Source of the DNA: Azolla caroliniana
Taxonomy: Eukaryota > Plantae > Polypodiophyta
Reading direction: 5' to 3'
Assembly: GCA_043228905.1 (NCBI GenBank)
Contig: JBHGNT010000018.1
Span: 6,200,001-6,264,000, forward strand
Length of the DNA stretch: 64,000 nucleotides
Shown: in pieces, positions 38,073 to 49,487 of the stretch
Layout of the letters: each line of letters begins with the position of its first letter
Numbering within the stretch: the first letter of the stretch is position 1
The notes under the pieces: generated by a model
What the model saw: the letters and a program-made list of their open reading frames with translations, nothing else
Told to the model about the DNA's origin: nothing
The model's database searches: none
Program-made: the position numbers and the translations under genes

Positions 38073-38337
38073 AAATTTGTAAATGGTTTGGGTTGGCATG
38101 GGGGTTTACAGGTTTGATTTGAGCTATTATTAGCTTAATGGTTTGGGAGGACATTTTTGAAATTTTATTAATATAAGAATTAACATTATAAATTATAATT
38201 AAAAATTTGTAAATGGTTTGGGTTGGCTTGGGGGTTTACAAGTTTGATTTGAGCTATTATTAGCTTAGTGGTTTGGGAGGACATTTTGAAATTTTATTAA
38301 TATAAGAATTAACATTATAAATTATAATTAAAAATTA
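38073..38337. repeat. About 130 bp tandem duplication
   Basis: aaatttgtaaatggtttgggttggc...attataattaaaaatt occurs twice, head to tail. Confidence 0.85.
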
Positions 38338-39987
38338 AGTGTATAGTTTGTAATAATTTTGTTTGAGCCAAAATCAAACTACGAATCTATGGTTTAATGG
38401 CTTAATACTTTGCATATCTCTTGTGCTGTTTATTTTGAGCTTGAAAATCCATGAAATAGTTTTGGTTGGTTGAAACCAAATTGAATCAAAACGACTCTAT
38501 TATTAGATGGAAACATAATTGATGATGCTAACACAAATTTTTGTTTCTTTGCTCAATAGAATCAAACAATGAAATTAGCAACAATGCTTAAAGTTTCATG
38601 TTAGCTTCACCTTCGCTTTAGGGTTTGACATTTTTAAACCCTTTATTGCATGGTTGGGTAGTGCACAAAGTTTGGAGGTGTTTTTGATCATATACCGAGT
38701 TTTTACTTGACAATTAGGAACTAGAATTGGATTGCAATACTTTATGTATTGATGTTAAATGTATGGAAATACTTGAGTATATAAATTGTCTACCATAGTG
38801 CAAGACAAATATATTTGTGAAAGGACTAAAAAAGAACACCCTATAATGGGGAAGAAAACTGTGAAAATCTATATCACTTTGGTTCCAGGCTCTACATGTT
38901 GCTAGCAACAACATACATTTTTTGACAGCAAACATTGGAACTCATCGGCAAAGTTGTATTCAAATTGCAGGGAGAGGCATTATGTGACATATGACGCTAT
39001 CAATTTGCATCAAAATAGAAGAGATGCTGAGCAATATAGGTGGCATAGACTACTTTGATAAAGCCCAAAAATCCATATTCAGTTTGTAAAAAGATGGGGT
39101 TTTTTGAACCCGGTGTTGTTGAGACTGTTGAAGCTACACGAGCGTTCAATACTTCTCTAGTTAATTATGTTGCAATTTTCTTTGTAATAGTGGACTATTT
39201 TGTATATTGCCCTGGGCCATTTTATGTTAATACCAATGGAGGATATTTTTATAGGTAAAAAATGAACACCCTATATATATATATATATATATAACTAAGA
39301 TGGTTGAACCAATGTTACAAAAGATAAAGCTTCAAAATGGGGCAATATTAGAATACAACAAGGAAGCCTTCAAGAAAGTGGGAAAGCAGATGAAGAGTGT
39401 GCACAATATGCAAGGGAATCCACCATGAAATGGTTGGAGTTGGTGCATTCTATTGTGTGTAGGTGAATGCCTATTCGCTTGTCAAGCCAAGTGCAAGTCT
39501 TCATGAAATTTGTCTGTGGTGCCTCGACAACATACACACTAAAGACCAAAGACAAGGCCTTTACAAAATTCAAGGTATAGTTGGATGTGGTGGAGACTAG
39601 GGATCGGCAACGGCTCGGCTCAAGCCTAAACCGTTTGGCTTAGCCGGCTTGAAAATGGCTTAGCGGCTCAGCTCGGTTTAGGCTTGAACTTGCCTTAACG
39701 GTTTGAGCTCGGCTCGGCTTGCTCAAGCCGGCTAAACCGTTTAAGCCGTTTATGAACTTTACAGAAAGAAAGAAAGAAAGAAAGATATATTAACGTCTTC
39801 TAAGGCCAAAATTGGCCCATGAGACAAATGGTGTACAACAAAAATGGGATATTTACCCATTCATCGAAAGTAAAAATAAAAATAAGATAAAATAGAGTTT
39901 AAGCTAAATAGTTCTAAGAAAACAACAAACATGTTCTATATAAAAAACATGTTCTACAATGAGAATGATTCTATACTAGGCCTAATT

Positions 39988-42123
39988 TCATTTCCATCCA
40001 AGTCTCTCGAAGAGAAGCGGGGGGTCAAAGGGTTGCCATGATGTGGATGTGGCCCGTGGTCCCCATGTAAGAGGTACCCCAACCATAGCTTCGAGTCGGC
40101 GTAGCTCACGTTCCCTTATTTTCTTAATCTTTTCTACTCCACGTTGACTTGTGTTGAAGCCCAACATCCGAGGACGTTTGGTTGCTCTTTGTATTTCTGC
40201 TTCCTCAAGGGAGAGGCCGAGCGGCATAAGTGTATCCACATTCATCGTCTCCCCATGTTCCTGAAAAATTACACTAGGTACATGTTGATGAGTAGTAAAA
40301 GGGTTATGATTAACACTTTGTAATTTATCCTCCCTATGTTGTTTTAGCTCTAAGATATACCTACCTAGTCTCTTTACACTCGGGGTATCTAATAGTTTGG
40401 AGAGGGTGGGAGAGGGTCCTAGTATGTCTTGGTATTCCGCCCGTATCTCGGCATAAGTTGGGCACTTGCATGTGAAGTGATACTCATCCTCTATCTCTAT
40501 GTGGCATAACCTACATAGCCTTTCCTCTCTAGGGACTCTATTAGCTCGACCATTCTCAATCTCAAGTTGGTGAGATGATATCCTAAGTTGTCCAATGGCC
40601 ACCCTTAGTGCATTTGATAAGAAAGTATCTAGGTATCTTGGTCGTGTAATAAACCCTAACTTAGAGAAGTGCAAGAAGTGGTCCTTATAGTACACCATTT
40701 TAGATGGGAGTGGCTCTCGTGGGGTGATCCATTTGTATCGAGTGTAGATTTGCCATATGTCTTGGCGTATCACTTTATTACGATCTTCACGAGAGATTAA
40801 AGTTTGATCAGTCCCATGGTTGTACTTAAGGGGAGGTAGGTTATTAATGTCTATGCCATTTGCAAATAACCAACTCACCACAATGCTATACCAAGAGTTG
40901 GTGTCTCCAGACACATGTAAGGATCGGGATGCCTCAAAGGCTCGACGGGATATCCTATCTTGTGGTTGACTATGTATCCGATGAATAAAAGCTACCACTT
41001 GAAAGAGTGCTTCTACTAACATCGGGGGTAGGCTAAACTCCGCTCTAATAATGTCATGTGGTACTGTCGATTTGCTTCGGAGTTGACGTGATAACATCAC
41101 CACTAAAGGTCTCTCCAATTGCGTCCACATGAAAGATGGTAGACCTGGAGCCCATACTACTGATGCATACATGAGGGACGGGGTCACTAATGAGTCGAAA
41201 AGCCATCCCTTAGTCCGTGGCTCTTGAAAGTATGCTTGGTGGCATTGTCTCTCTAAGAGTGAGAGGGATGCATATCCTCTCGTTAGCCTATCTTTGGCTG
41301 CCTGGGTCATCGAGAATTTACCTGAGCGAGCACTAAAAGTGACTCCCAAGTATACATAAGATCCCACCACCTCAACTAGTTTATGAGAGAGGATGAGGTG
41401 ACATTTACTCCTAACTCTGGACGATGTATGAAAGATAAGGACTTTAGTTTTCGCTAGATTCACTACCAGTCCTCGTTGTGTACAAAAGTCATCTAGGGCA
41501 TTAAGATGCTTTTGTAGGTCGTGTTCCGACTCCGAGAGCAAGACAATGTCGTCTGCGTAGAGTAAGAGACTAACTTGCGTATCCCCAATAGCCACTCCTT
41601 TGCCTCCCTTACGAGCAATAAAATCAGTGATCTCATCAATGTAGATCCCAAAAAGAGTCGGTGATAGGGGGCAACCCTGTTTTACACCAATGGTGCTAGT
41701 GAAACAATCGGATAGGCCACCTGGGCATCTTACGCGCCCATAGACTTGCTCATATAGGGCATAAATGGCCCAAATCATGTCATTTGGTATCTCCAGGCTC
41801 TTAAGTCTATCAAACAACCTCTCCCTAGGAACTGTATCAAAGGCTTTGCGAAAGTCCACAAAGCAACAATATAGTTTCTTCTTACGAGCCTTTGTTTGGT
41901 CAATTAAGCACCTAAGTGTAAAGATGTGGTCAATAGTGGAGAAGGCTCGTCTAAAGCCAGCCTGCTCAGGTGCTCGAAGACTTAATGTTTCCATATAATC
42001 ACTGAGCTCCGCTTCCATTACTGCACCATATAGTTTAGCAAGCGTATGACCTATCATAATGGTCCTATATGTATTTGGGTCCATTGGGTCCCCTCCTTTA
42101 TGTATAGGGGCCACAGTGTTCAT
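39988..42123 (-). CDS. Non-LTR retrotransposon reverse transcriptase (RTEX-like), 5'-truncated, no endonuclease
   Basis: QAGFR, CFVDFRKAFD, GVKQGCPLSP, LLYADD, YLGV, and C-terminal LRISSHQLEIENGR...LCRLC..IEDEYHF..CPTY. 711 aa without stops. Confidence 0.9.
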   Translation of the reverse strand: MNTVAPIHKGGDPMDPNTYRTIMIGHTLAKLYGAVMEAELSDYMETLSLRAPEQAGFRRAFSTIDHIFTLRCLIDQTKARKKKLYCCFVDFRKAFDTVPRERLFDRLKSLEIPNDMIWAIYALYEQVYGRVRCPGGLSDCFTSTIGVKQGCPLSPTLFGIYIDEITDFIARKGGKGVAIGDTQVSLLLYADDIVLLSESEHDLQKHLNALDDFCTQRGLVVNLAKTKVLIFHTSSRVRSKCHLILSHKLVEVVGSYVYLGVTFSARSGKFSMTQAAKDRLTRGYASLSLLERQCHQAYFQEPRTKGWLFDSLVTPSLMYASVVWAPGLPSFMWTQLERPLVVMLSRQLRSKSTVPHDIIRAEFSLPPMLVEALFQVVAFIHRIHSQPQDRISRRAFEASRSLHVSGDTNSWYSIVVSWLFANGIDINNLPPLKYNHGTDQTLISREDRNKVIRQDIWQIYTRYKWITPREPLPSKMVYYKDHFLHFSKLGFITRPRYLDTFLSNALRVAIGQLRISSHQLEIENGRANRVPREERLCRLCHIEIEDEYHFTCKCPTYAEIRAEYQDILGPSPTLSKLLDTPSVKRLGRYILELKQHREDKLQSVNHNPFTTHQHVPSVIFQEHGETMNVDTLMPLGLSLEEAEIQRATKRPRMLGFNTSQRGVEKIKKIRERELRRLEAMVGVPLTWGPRATSTSWQPFDPPLLFERLGWK

Positions 42124-42239
42124 GGCCCATTGTGGTGGAAAACCCTCGGCGAGGGCGCGGTTGAAGATTAGAGTGCGGCGAGGGCGCGGTTGAAGATTAG
42201 AGTGCGGCGAGGGCGCGGTTGAAGATTAGAGTGACAACA

Positions 42240-42245
42240 GATAAG

Positions 42246-42299
<54 letters not shown>

Positions 42300-42432
42300 G
42301 GGAGACTAAACAGACGATGGGAGAGAGAGAGAGAGAGTGAGGGAGGGAGAACTACACAGACGTGGAGAGAGAGAGAGAGAGAGACTACAGAGACGAGGAG
42401 AGAGAGAGAGAGGGAGGGAGACAACATATAAG

Positions 42433-42463
<31 letters not shown>

Positions 42464-43130
42464 TGAGGGAGACTAAACAGACAATGGGAGAGAGAGAGAG
42501 AATGAGGGAGGGAGAACTACATAGACGTGGAGAGAGAGAGAGAGAGAGACTACAGAGACGAGGAGAGAGAGAGAGAGGGAGGGAGACAACATATAAGGGG
42601 AGAGAGAGAGAGAGACTACACAGAGGGGAGAGAGAGAGAGAGAGAGACTACACAAAGGGGAGAGAGAGAGAGAGAGAGACTACACAAAGGGGAGAGAGAG
42701 AGAGAGAGAGACCAAGTGGACGTGGAGAGAGAGAGAGAGAGACTGCAGAGACGAGGAGAGAGAGAGGGAGGGAGGGAGACAACATATAAGGGGAGAGAGA
42801 GAGAGAGACTACACAGAGGGGAGAGAGAGAGAGAGAGAGAGAGACCAAGTGGTCATGGGTGCAACCCCTACATTTCACAGTGGCATCCAATGAAATAGAG
42901 ATATGAAGTATATAATTGAGAGGTGAGGAAATTGGGTTTCGAACCCAAGACACGGTGCTTGTAGTGTTATTGACTTACCACTAGGGTAAGCTAATTACGA
43001 AAAAAGAGAGAGAGAGAGAGACTACACAGGGGAGAGAGAGAGAGAGAGAGAGAGTACACAAAGGGGAGAGAGAGAGGGAGAGGGAGAGAGTCAGAGACCA
43101 CAGACGTGAGAGAGAGTGGGAGGGAGAGCT
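42240..43130. repeat. Compound (GA)n satellite with a higher-order unit of about 170-190 bp
   Basis: GA tracts interleaved with recurring spacers (actacacagacgtgg, actacagagacgagg, acaacatataagggg). Confidence 0.9.
42931..42993 (-). other. tRNA-derived (SINE-head-like) Pol III promoter remnant
   Basis: Minus strand has an A-box-like taccctagtgg and a B-box GGTTCGAAACC at tRNA-like spacing; no full cloverleaf. Confidence 0.45.
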
Positions 43131-44329
43131 TGTACAATGTATAGTATATAGTATATAGTATATAGTATATAGTGGATCATCTGAGAGAGAGAGGGAGGTT
43201 TCTAAACCGGTTTACAAGCCGTTTACCAAACCGGTTCAGCCTAAACCGGTTTGTGAACCGGCTCGGCTCGGCTCAGGTTTGAGATCTCGTAAACGGTTTA
43301 GGCTTAGCCGGTTTGGCTTGGATCAGGCCAAACCGGGTAAGCCTAAACCGAATCGTTGCCGATCCCTAGTGGAGACGACGAAAAAGGAAAAGTTGAAAGC
43401 TCTCCAATGAGACAATGGAGGGGAACTAAGTTAAGATGAAATTTCTAGATGAATTCCAAAATTTGAGCATGTTCTTGTCTTTATCTTTGCAAAGGGGCCT
43501 GGTTTGGATGAAATGTATATGAATGTAGTCACATTTAGAACACACTTCTATAGCATTGCTTAGACATTATAACTCATCCTTTCCCCTTTGTCTCCTTTAC
43601 TAGGTGTTGAAGATTTGACCCATTCGTTTCAATGGTTAACCTTAAACATTTGAACTTTTTTCCTTTTATGATATTGTTTTCTTCTTACTATTCTTCCAAT
43701 AATCACGTCAACTAGAATCTTGACCTATTGTAAAAGTTGACATCCCTCCACTTTTCTATCTTTTCCCATGTAGCATCACGAGTTCTCAACAAAGTTTTGT
43801 GAAACTGAGGCCATGAGTAGCCTCAATTAACTAGGTCTAAAGTCTTGTGAATTCTGAAGTGTCTAAGCATTGAGTTTCATGAAAATATTGCCAAAGTCAA
43901 GCACCATAATTTAAGAATGTATACAAGATTGTTTGGAAAAAGTACATTGTCATGCCATATGAATTGATTATAATCCAGATAGGACTCTCTAGACTATGAG
44001 CAAGAAACACATTTTGGAAGAATATGATCTAAAACATTTGTTCATATATTAGCACGAATGGAATCAAGAAAACTTGACTTTGTAGGTGCATTGAAAACAT
44101 TTGTTGCCATCACTTGTAGGTGATTAGGATGCAAGAGGAATTTCTTTCAATGGTGAAAAGCACGTTGTCCTAGAAGAGGTTTCATATAAGAGTATTGAGA
44201 AAGGCATCATCTACCATGGCTTCTACCATGGCGTCGCCCAATGAGCATCAACGATTCAAGACTTCAGTATTTTGGAAATATGTGGGAATCTTTTGATCAT
44301 TGTGATCAATAATATTTCTTTCTCCAATC

Positions 44330-47300
44330 TGTTGAGCGAGCAAGCTCAACATGATCCGGATCGGGTGAATAAGCCAAGAGATGAATTGGTGTCCGGAACG
44401 GAGAGCCAGATCGGTGTCCAGATCTGAGTGTAACTGGTAGGCCGTTAGAGGCCTATGATCCTAGCCTAGTACGTAGGCATATTTTTGGGAGTCAGTGTTA
44501 GTAGCTCGGTACGAGCATTGAAATACATGTTAGTATTTTTGTCAGTCCTTTCAAGGACTTGTATAAAAGTGCTCACTGAGCACATTGTATGTACAAAGTG
44601 ATATTTTTGAATTTGAGGTTTTGTTGTTTGCTCTCTCTATTTGTCTCTCTCACACTTTGTGTATTCCATTCTCTATATTTTCTATGGCTATTTGGCTGAG
44701 CCAGTTGAGATATGTTTAGCTTCCGCATTATTTCTTTTACATGGTATCAGAGCGCGAGGGTTAGAACATCCTCTGTTGCCGACAAGAGCCTTCAGAACGA
44801 ACCAAGACCTAACACTCGGTAAGAACAGATAAGAAAAGAAATGGATAGAGGTATGGAACAACTACGCATCTTGGTCATACAAGATGCACCAATATTTGTT
44901 AGGACATGGATATTGGAGTTATGTCGAAGGAGCAAATGACGCAGCACCGCATTTGACACACATGGATTTTTCGGCTTGGGAACAGTCGGCAATTAGAGTT
45001 CTCTACTACTTCACATCCAGTGTCGGTGATCAGCTACTCAACTACATTTGGGATGCCAAGATGCCAAAGGAGGCTTGGGGAAATCGGAAGAAGATATTCG
45101 CCACAAGCACCACAACTAGAAAGCTTCATCTTAGACAAGACTTGAGCAATGTCCAATAGAAAGACATGTAGGTGGCTGATTACACCTCTTGGATCAAGGG
45201 CATCTGTGACTCTCTCGCCTCCATCAATGTGATTGTTGAGGAGGAAGAAATGGTGCAGGACTATCTCGGAGGATTGGTGCAAAAGTTCAGATAATTTCGG
45301 ACAACAGTTAGCACGAGAGAGAATACGCCGTCATTCTTCGAGTTGCAATCGATGCTTCTCGTTGAAGAGAACCATGCGGGTGCGTCGACCAACATGCACA
45401 CCGATAACAAAATGTTGTACAGGGAGGAGGATAGACCCCGTGGTTGTGGTGGACGAGGCGGGTCGGCACATAGTGGAGGCAACCAACAAGAGAAAATGCC
45501 GACAACAATTCCGGACCCTTCAGAAATAGGGGGAGTAAAGGCGGGGCTGGAAACCGGCAAGGAAAGACCGAGATGGAATGTTGGTACTGTGGCAAGAAAG
45601 GCCACCAGGAGAGCGAGTGCTAGAATAAGCGTGCCGATTCAGACAAATTTGGATCTGGCAAGGTCAAACAAGGGAGTCAACAACGCTCGCACTACGCCGA
45701 AGGATCGGAAAAGGGCCAGCCTTTATGATGGAACATAAGGCAAACTCAATGAAGAAGACCACCTCACAATCGAATGAGGTGTGGTACGTTGATTCCGGAG
45801 TATCAAATCATATGACGAGCCATGAAGAATGGTTCTCATATCAGGAGCAACTGGGATTGGTCGAAACCGGAGACGACACTCCGCACCAAGGTTGTTAGGT
45901 ACGTTAGGTACGATATGGATACCATACGTATTTAACGTATTAATACCCGTATAGTACCTCCCAATTTAAAAATACGTTAAATACGTTTTTTTAATATGTT
46001 AAATACTTATAAAATACGTATTTTACGTATAGTACGTTAAATACTTCTAGAATTTGAAAATTATTTACCTTTCTAAAAAATATCTATAATATTGTAAAAA
46101 ACATAAATGTTTACACAATTTTGTGATGTACAATATAGTTCTACATCCTAAAATGCATATACGACATTTGAACATTTCACATCCTAAAATACTTGTAGTC
46201 ATATGGATGTCAACATTCCCTTATTCTATAAATCAATGTAAGTGTGTATCACGATGTTCTACTTCAAATTGTAATTATCTACAATTATGCCTTCATAGAT
46301 TGAGGAATCGTCTACGATTATCACACTCATGATAGGTTTCTCTTTTCTTCGTTTTCTTCTTCTTCTTCTATCTACTGCGATTATCACACTTAGGACAGGT
46401 TTATGTCTTCTTTTCTCTCTTCTTCTTCTCTTCTTCATCTTCTTCATCGTCGTCTCTTTTCTTCCTTCCTTTGGCTTCTTTTTCACTAAATTTTTTTCTT
46501 TTTCTTTTTCTTTTTGTTAGGGTTTTACTTACATTTTCTTTATAAATACGTATTATACCAGTTTTTTTATAAATACGTTAAATATCGTATTGGACAAATG
46601 TACATGATATTTGACTGAACAACATTGAGGTATAGTACGTACTATACAAACGATGAGGTACTATACGTATTTAAACGTTAAATATGTGTACGTAAACAAC
46701 CATGCTCCGCACCCGATCAAACATGTTGGTGAAGTTCCCTCAAGTCATGTCCGATAGAAGGGAAAAGTCATGAACGTGTTGCACGTTCCGACAATAACAA
46801 AGAACTTGGTGTCGGTCAGGTAAATCGTCAACCAGGGGTTGCAAGTTCGATTCCCACATCTTGGATGTTTCATCGAGGAAGAGGGCCAAGTCATTGCGCA
46901 AGGGCGCTGGGACGAGAGGATGTTCATCCTCGACACCACCGAAGTCAGAACTGTTATGTTCGCAAAAGGGAAAAAGGGCAAAAGGGCAAGTCGAACATCG
47001 ACCTATGGCATAAGCAGTTCTGCCATGTCAACTTCCCGCGGTTTCGAGAAATGCAGACAAAGAATATCATTTTCGGGTTGCCTAAATTTAGTGGTCGAAA
47101 TAGCCATTTTTGCGAAGCCTACCAGCTAGGGACGCAACATCGACTTCCGTTCCCCAACGAGCGAATCGGAGCTGGAACCAGCTCGATTTGATCCATTTGG
47201 ATGTGTGGGGATTGATACAGAACGTGAGCATCGGAGGAAGTCGCTACTTTGTAACCTTCATCGATGACTACACTTGGGTATGCTTGATCACGAAGAAGAC

Positions 47301-49487
47301 CAAAGTCTTCGCCTACTTCCTGAAGGTGAAGAGCCTTGTCGAACGGGAAACCGACAAAAAATTAAGTGCCTGAGGTTCGATGGCAAAAAAGAGTACTTTT
47401 CCGACTAGTCCTCGACTTATTTGCAAAAGGAAGGAATTCAACGAGAATTCTCATGCAGATACACACTGGAGTAGAAAGGTGTGGCCGAGCGGTATAATCA
47501 GACTATAGAGGAGGTGGCACGGGCAATGCTTGAGGAGAAGCATATGCTGAAGTTTTACTGGGCCAAAGTACTGGCTGGACAACCATTTACCTGCAGAATC
47601 TAACAACTCCAAATGGAGGAGTGTCGCCACATGAGCTGTACTTCGGGAAGAAGACGAACTTGGCACACTTGAGGGTATTCGACAACATAGCATATGTGCA
47701 TGTGCCAAAGGAGAAACGGAGGAAGCTAGATGCGAAAGTCGAGAAGTGCATTCTCGTCGGCTACTCGGATGAACTAAAGGGTTATAAGTGTTATAACCCC
47801 CAAATGAAAAATTTCTGGGTAAGCCCAAATGTCGTCTTCAACAAATCAACTTCGTGGTACTTGCCCTCATCTCCGATCCCCGACAACTCCATTCTGATTT
47901 CTGAGGATGAGATCAATGAGGCCGGAATGCCTCCGTACGAAGAGGAAATCAGAACTCAAGAAGAGATTTGACCTCATTTCGGCTAAGTGGGCCGAATGAG
48001 TGACTGAGTTGGAACGACCAGTCGGATGATGAGCCGGTGAGTAGTGGAGACTCGGCCATGCTGTCCCCGCGCAAGGAACCGAGGAGACGATTCACGCGGG
48101 AGGAAAAAGGGAAGAAGAAGATGGCATAATACGACACTGGCAGAGGCGAGTCGGATTGGAGCGAATCCGACTTCGGAAAGCAAGAAGTCAGACCTCTTGA
48201 GAAGAGGTCGAAGTCGGCCAAGAGGGCCATCAAATCAGATGAGTAGAAATTGCGCCGATCTACCCGCCAGAAGCACCCAGTAGTTTAGTACGGGTACAAC
48301 GAATACATGGTGCATCACTATGCGTACATGATAAAGGTGGCGGAAGTGCGTGAGCTAGTGAGCTACGTAGAAGCGGCAAAGGACGCAAATTGGCTTGTTG
48401 CTATGGCAGAAGAGATGCACGCACTCACGGAGAATGACACATGGGACCTCATTGATGTTCCGAAGGGAGTGAAGCCGATCGGATGCATGTGGGTGTAGAA
48501 GGTCTAGTACAACACCGACGGCTCCATCAACCGGTACAACACTTAGTGGCCAAGGGTTACACACAACAACACGACATCGACTATGATGAGACATTTGTGC
48601 CAATCGCAAAGATGACGACCATCCATGTCTTGCTTGCAAGTGCCACGATAAAAGGGTGGCACTTGCATCGAATGGATGTAAAGAATGTGTTCCTACAAGG
48701 TGAACTTCAGGAACAAGTATACATGGTACAACCCCTTGGATTTCAATCCGGAATGAACATGTCGGCCGTTTGCTGATTGAAGAAGTCCCTCTATGGACTA
48801 AAGCAAGCCCCGGGTGCCTAGAACGCGAAGATCATGCAATGACTGCATCATATGGGGTTTGTCACATCAAAGTCAGACTCTTCGCTTCTCATCCGGCAGG
48901 GTCGGAATGGGCCGATAAGTGTTTTGTTATATGTGGATGATCTCATCATCACCAGCATCAACCTGAAAGAAATCGACCACGTCAAGTCCCAACTAGTGGC
49001 ATCATTCAACATGAAGGATCTGGGGGACCTTCATTACTTCCTCGGGATCCAAGTGATCCGCACCCCTGAGGGCATACTGATTAGCCCAAGTTCAGAATGA
49101 CGGAGTGCAAATCAGCTTAACTCCTCTAGATAGGCATGTGAAGCTTCGCCCTGATCCGGAATGACATGTGATCCGAAACGGTTCTGACAGATAGTCGGAA
49201 TCCTTATCTACTTGACCATCACTCAGCTGGACCTTAGCTATTCGGTTCTATGGAGCACCTTTAGTCATTAGTCAATTCATGGTGCATCTGACTATGGAGC
49301 ACCTTTAGTGTGCACAACGAATAGTCAGGTATGTCAGCGGCACCAAGGACTGGGGGGGTTGCTAAATTGGGCCAGTGTAGTCGTATACTTAGTCGGCTAC
49401 ACGGATGCCAATTGGGCCGAAAATGTTGGTGATTGGAAGTCTACATCCGGTTATGCGTTTTCACTTGGAAGCGCCGCGGTCGCCTAG
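44330..49487 (+). mobile_element. Degenerate copia with 5' LTR (44330-44741) and PBS (44742-44753); 3' end lost
   Basis: TG...CA LTR followed by tggtatcagagc; gag, WYVDSG, IN, RT LLYVDD and the start of RNase H. Confidence 0.9.
45887..46704. mobile_element. hAT-type MITE, 818 bp
   Basis: TIR CAAGGTTGTT / AACAACCATG; 8-bp TSD CTCCGCAC; many TACGTA motifs. Confidence 0.9.

Larger units (their letters stand above)
39598..43368. mobile_element. Non-autonomous hAT-type DNA transposon, 3771 bp
   Basis: Perfect 15-bp TIRs TAGGGATCGGCAACG / CGTTGCCGATCCCTA. Perfect 8-bp TSD GTGGAGAC at 39590-39597 and 43369-43376. Subterminal AAACCG/GGCTC repeats at both ends. Confidence 0.93.
39290..44200 (+). mobile_element. 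Very old copia remnant (integrase/RT) that hosts the hAT element
   Basis: LELVHS...TKDKAFTKFK..DVVET|TKKEKLKAL..DNGGE reads across the hAT insertion site. Boundaries approximate. Confidence 0.55.

Noticed and set aside
42197-42953. Arg/Glu- and Leu/Ser-rich ORFs
   Set aside because: They are translations of the (GA)n compound satellite.
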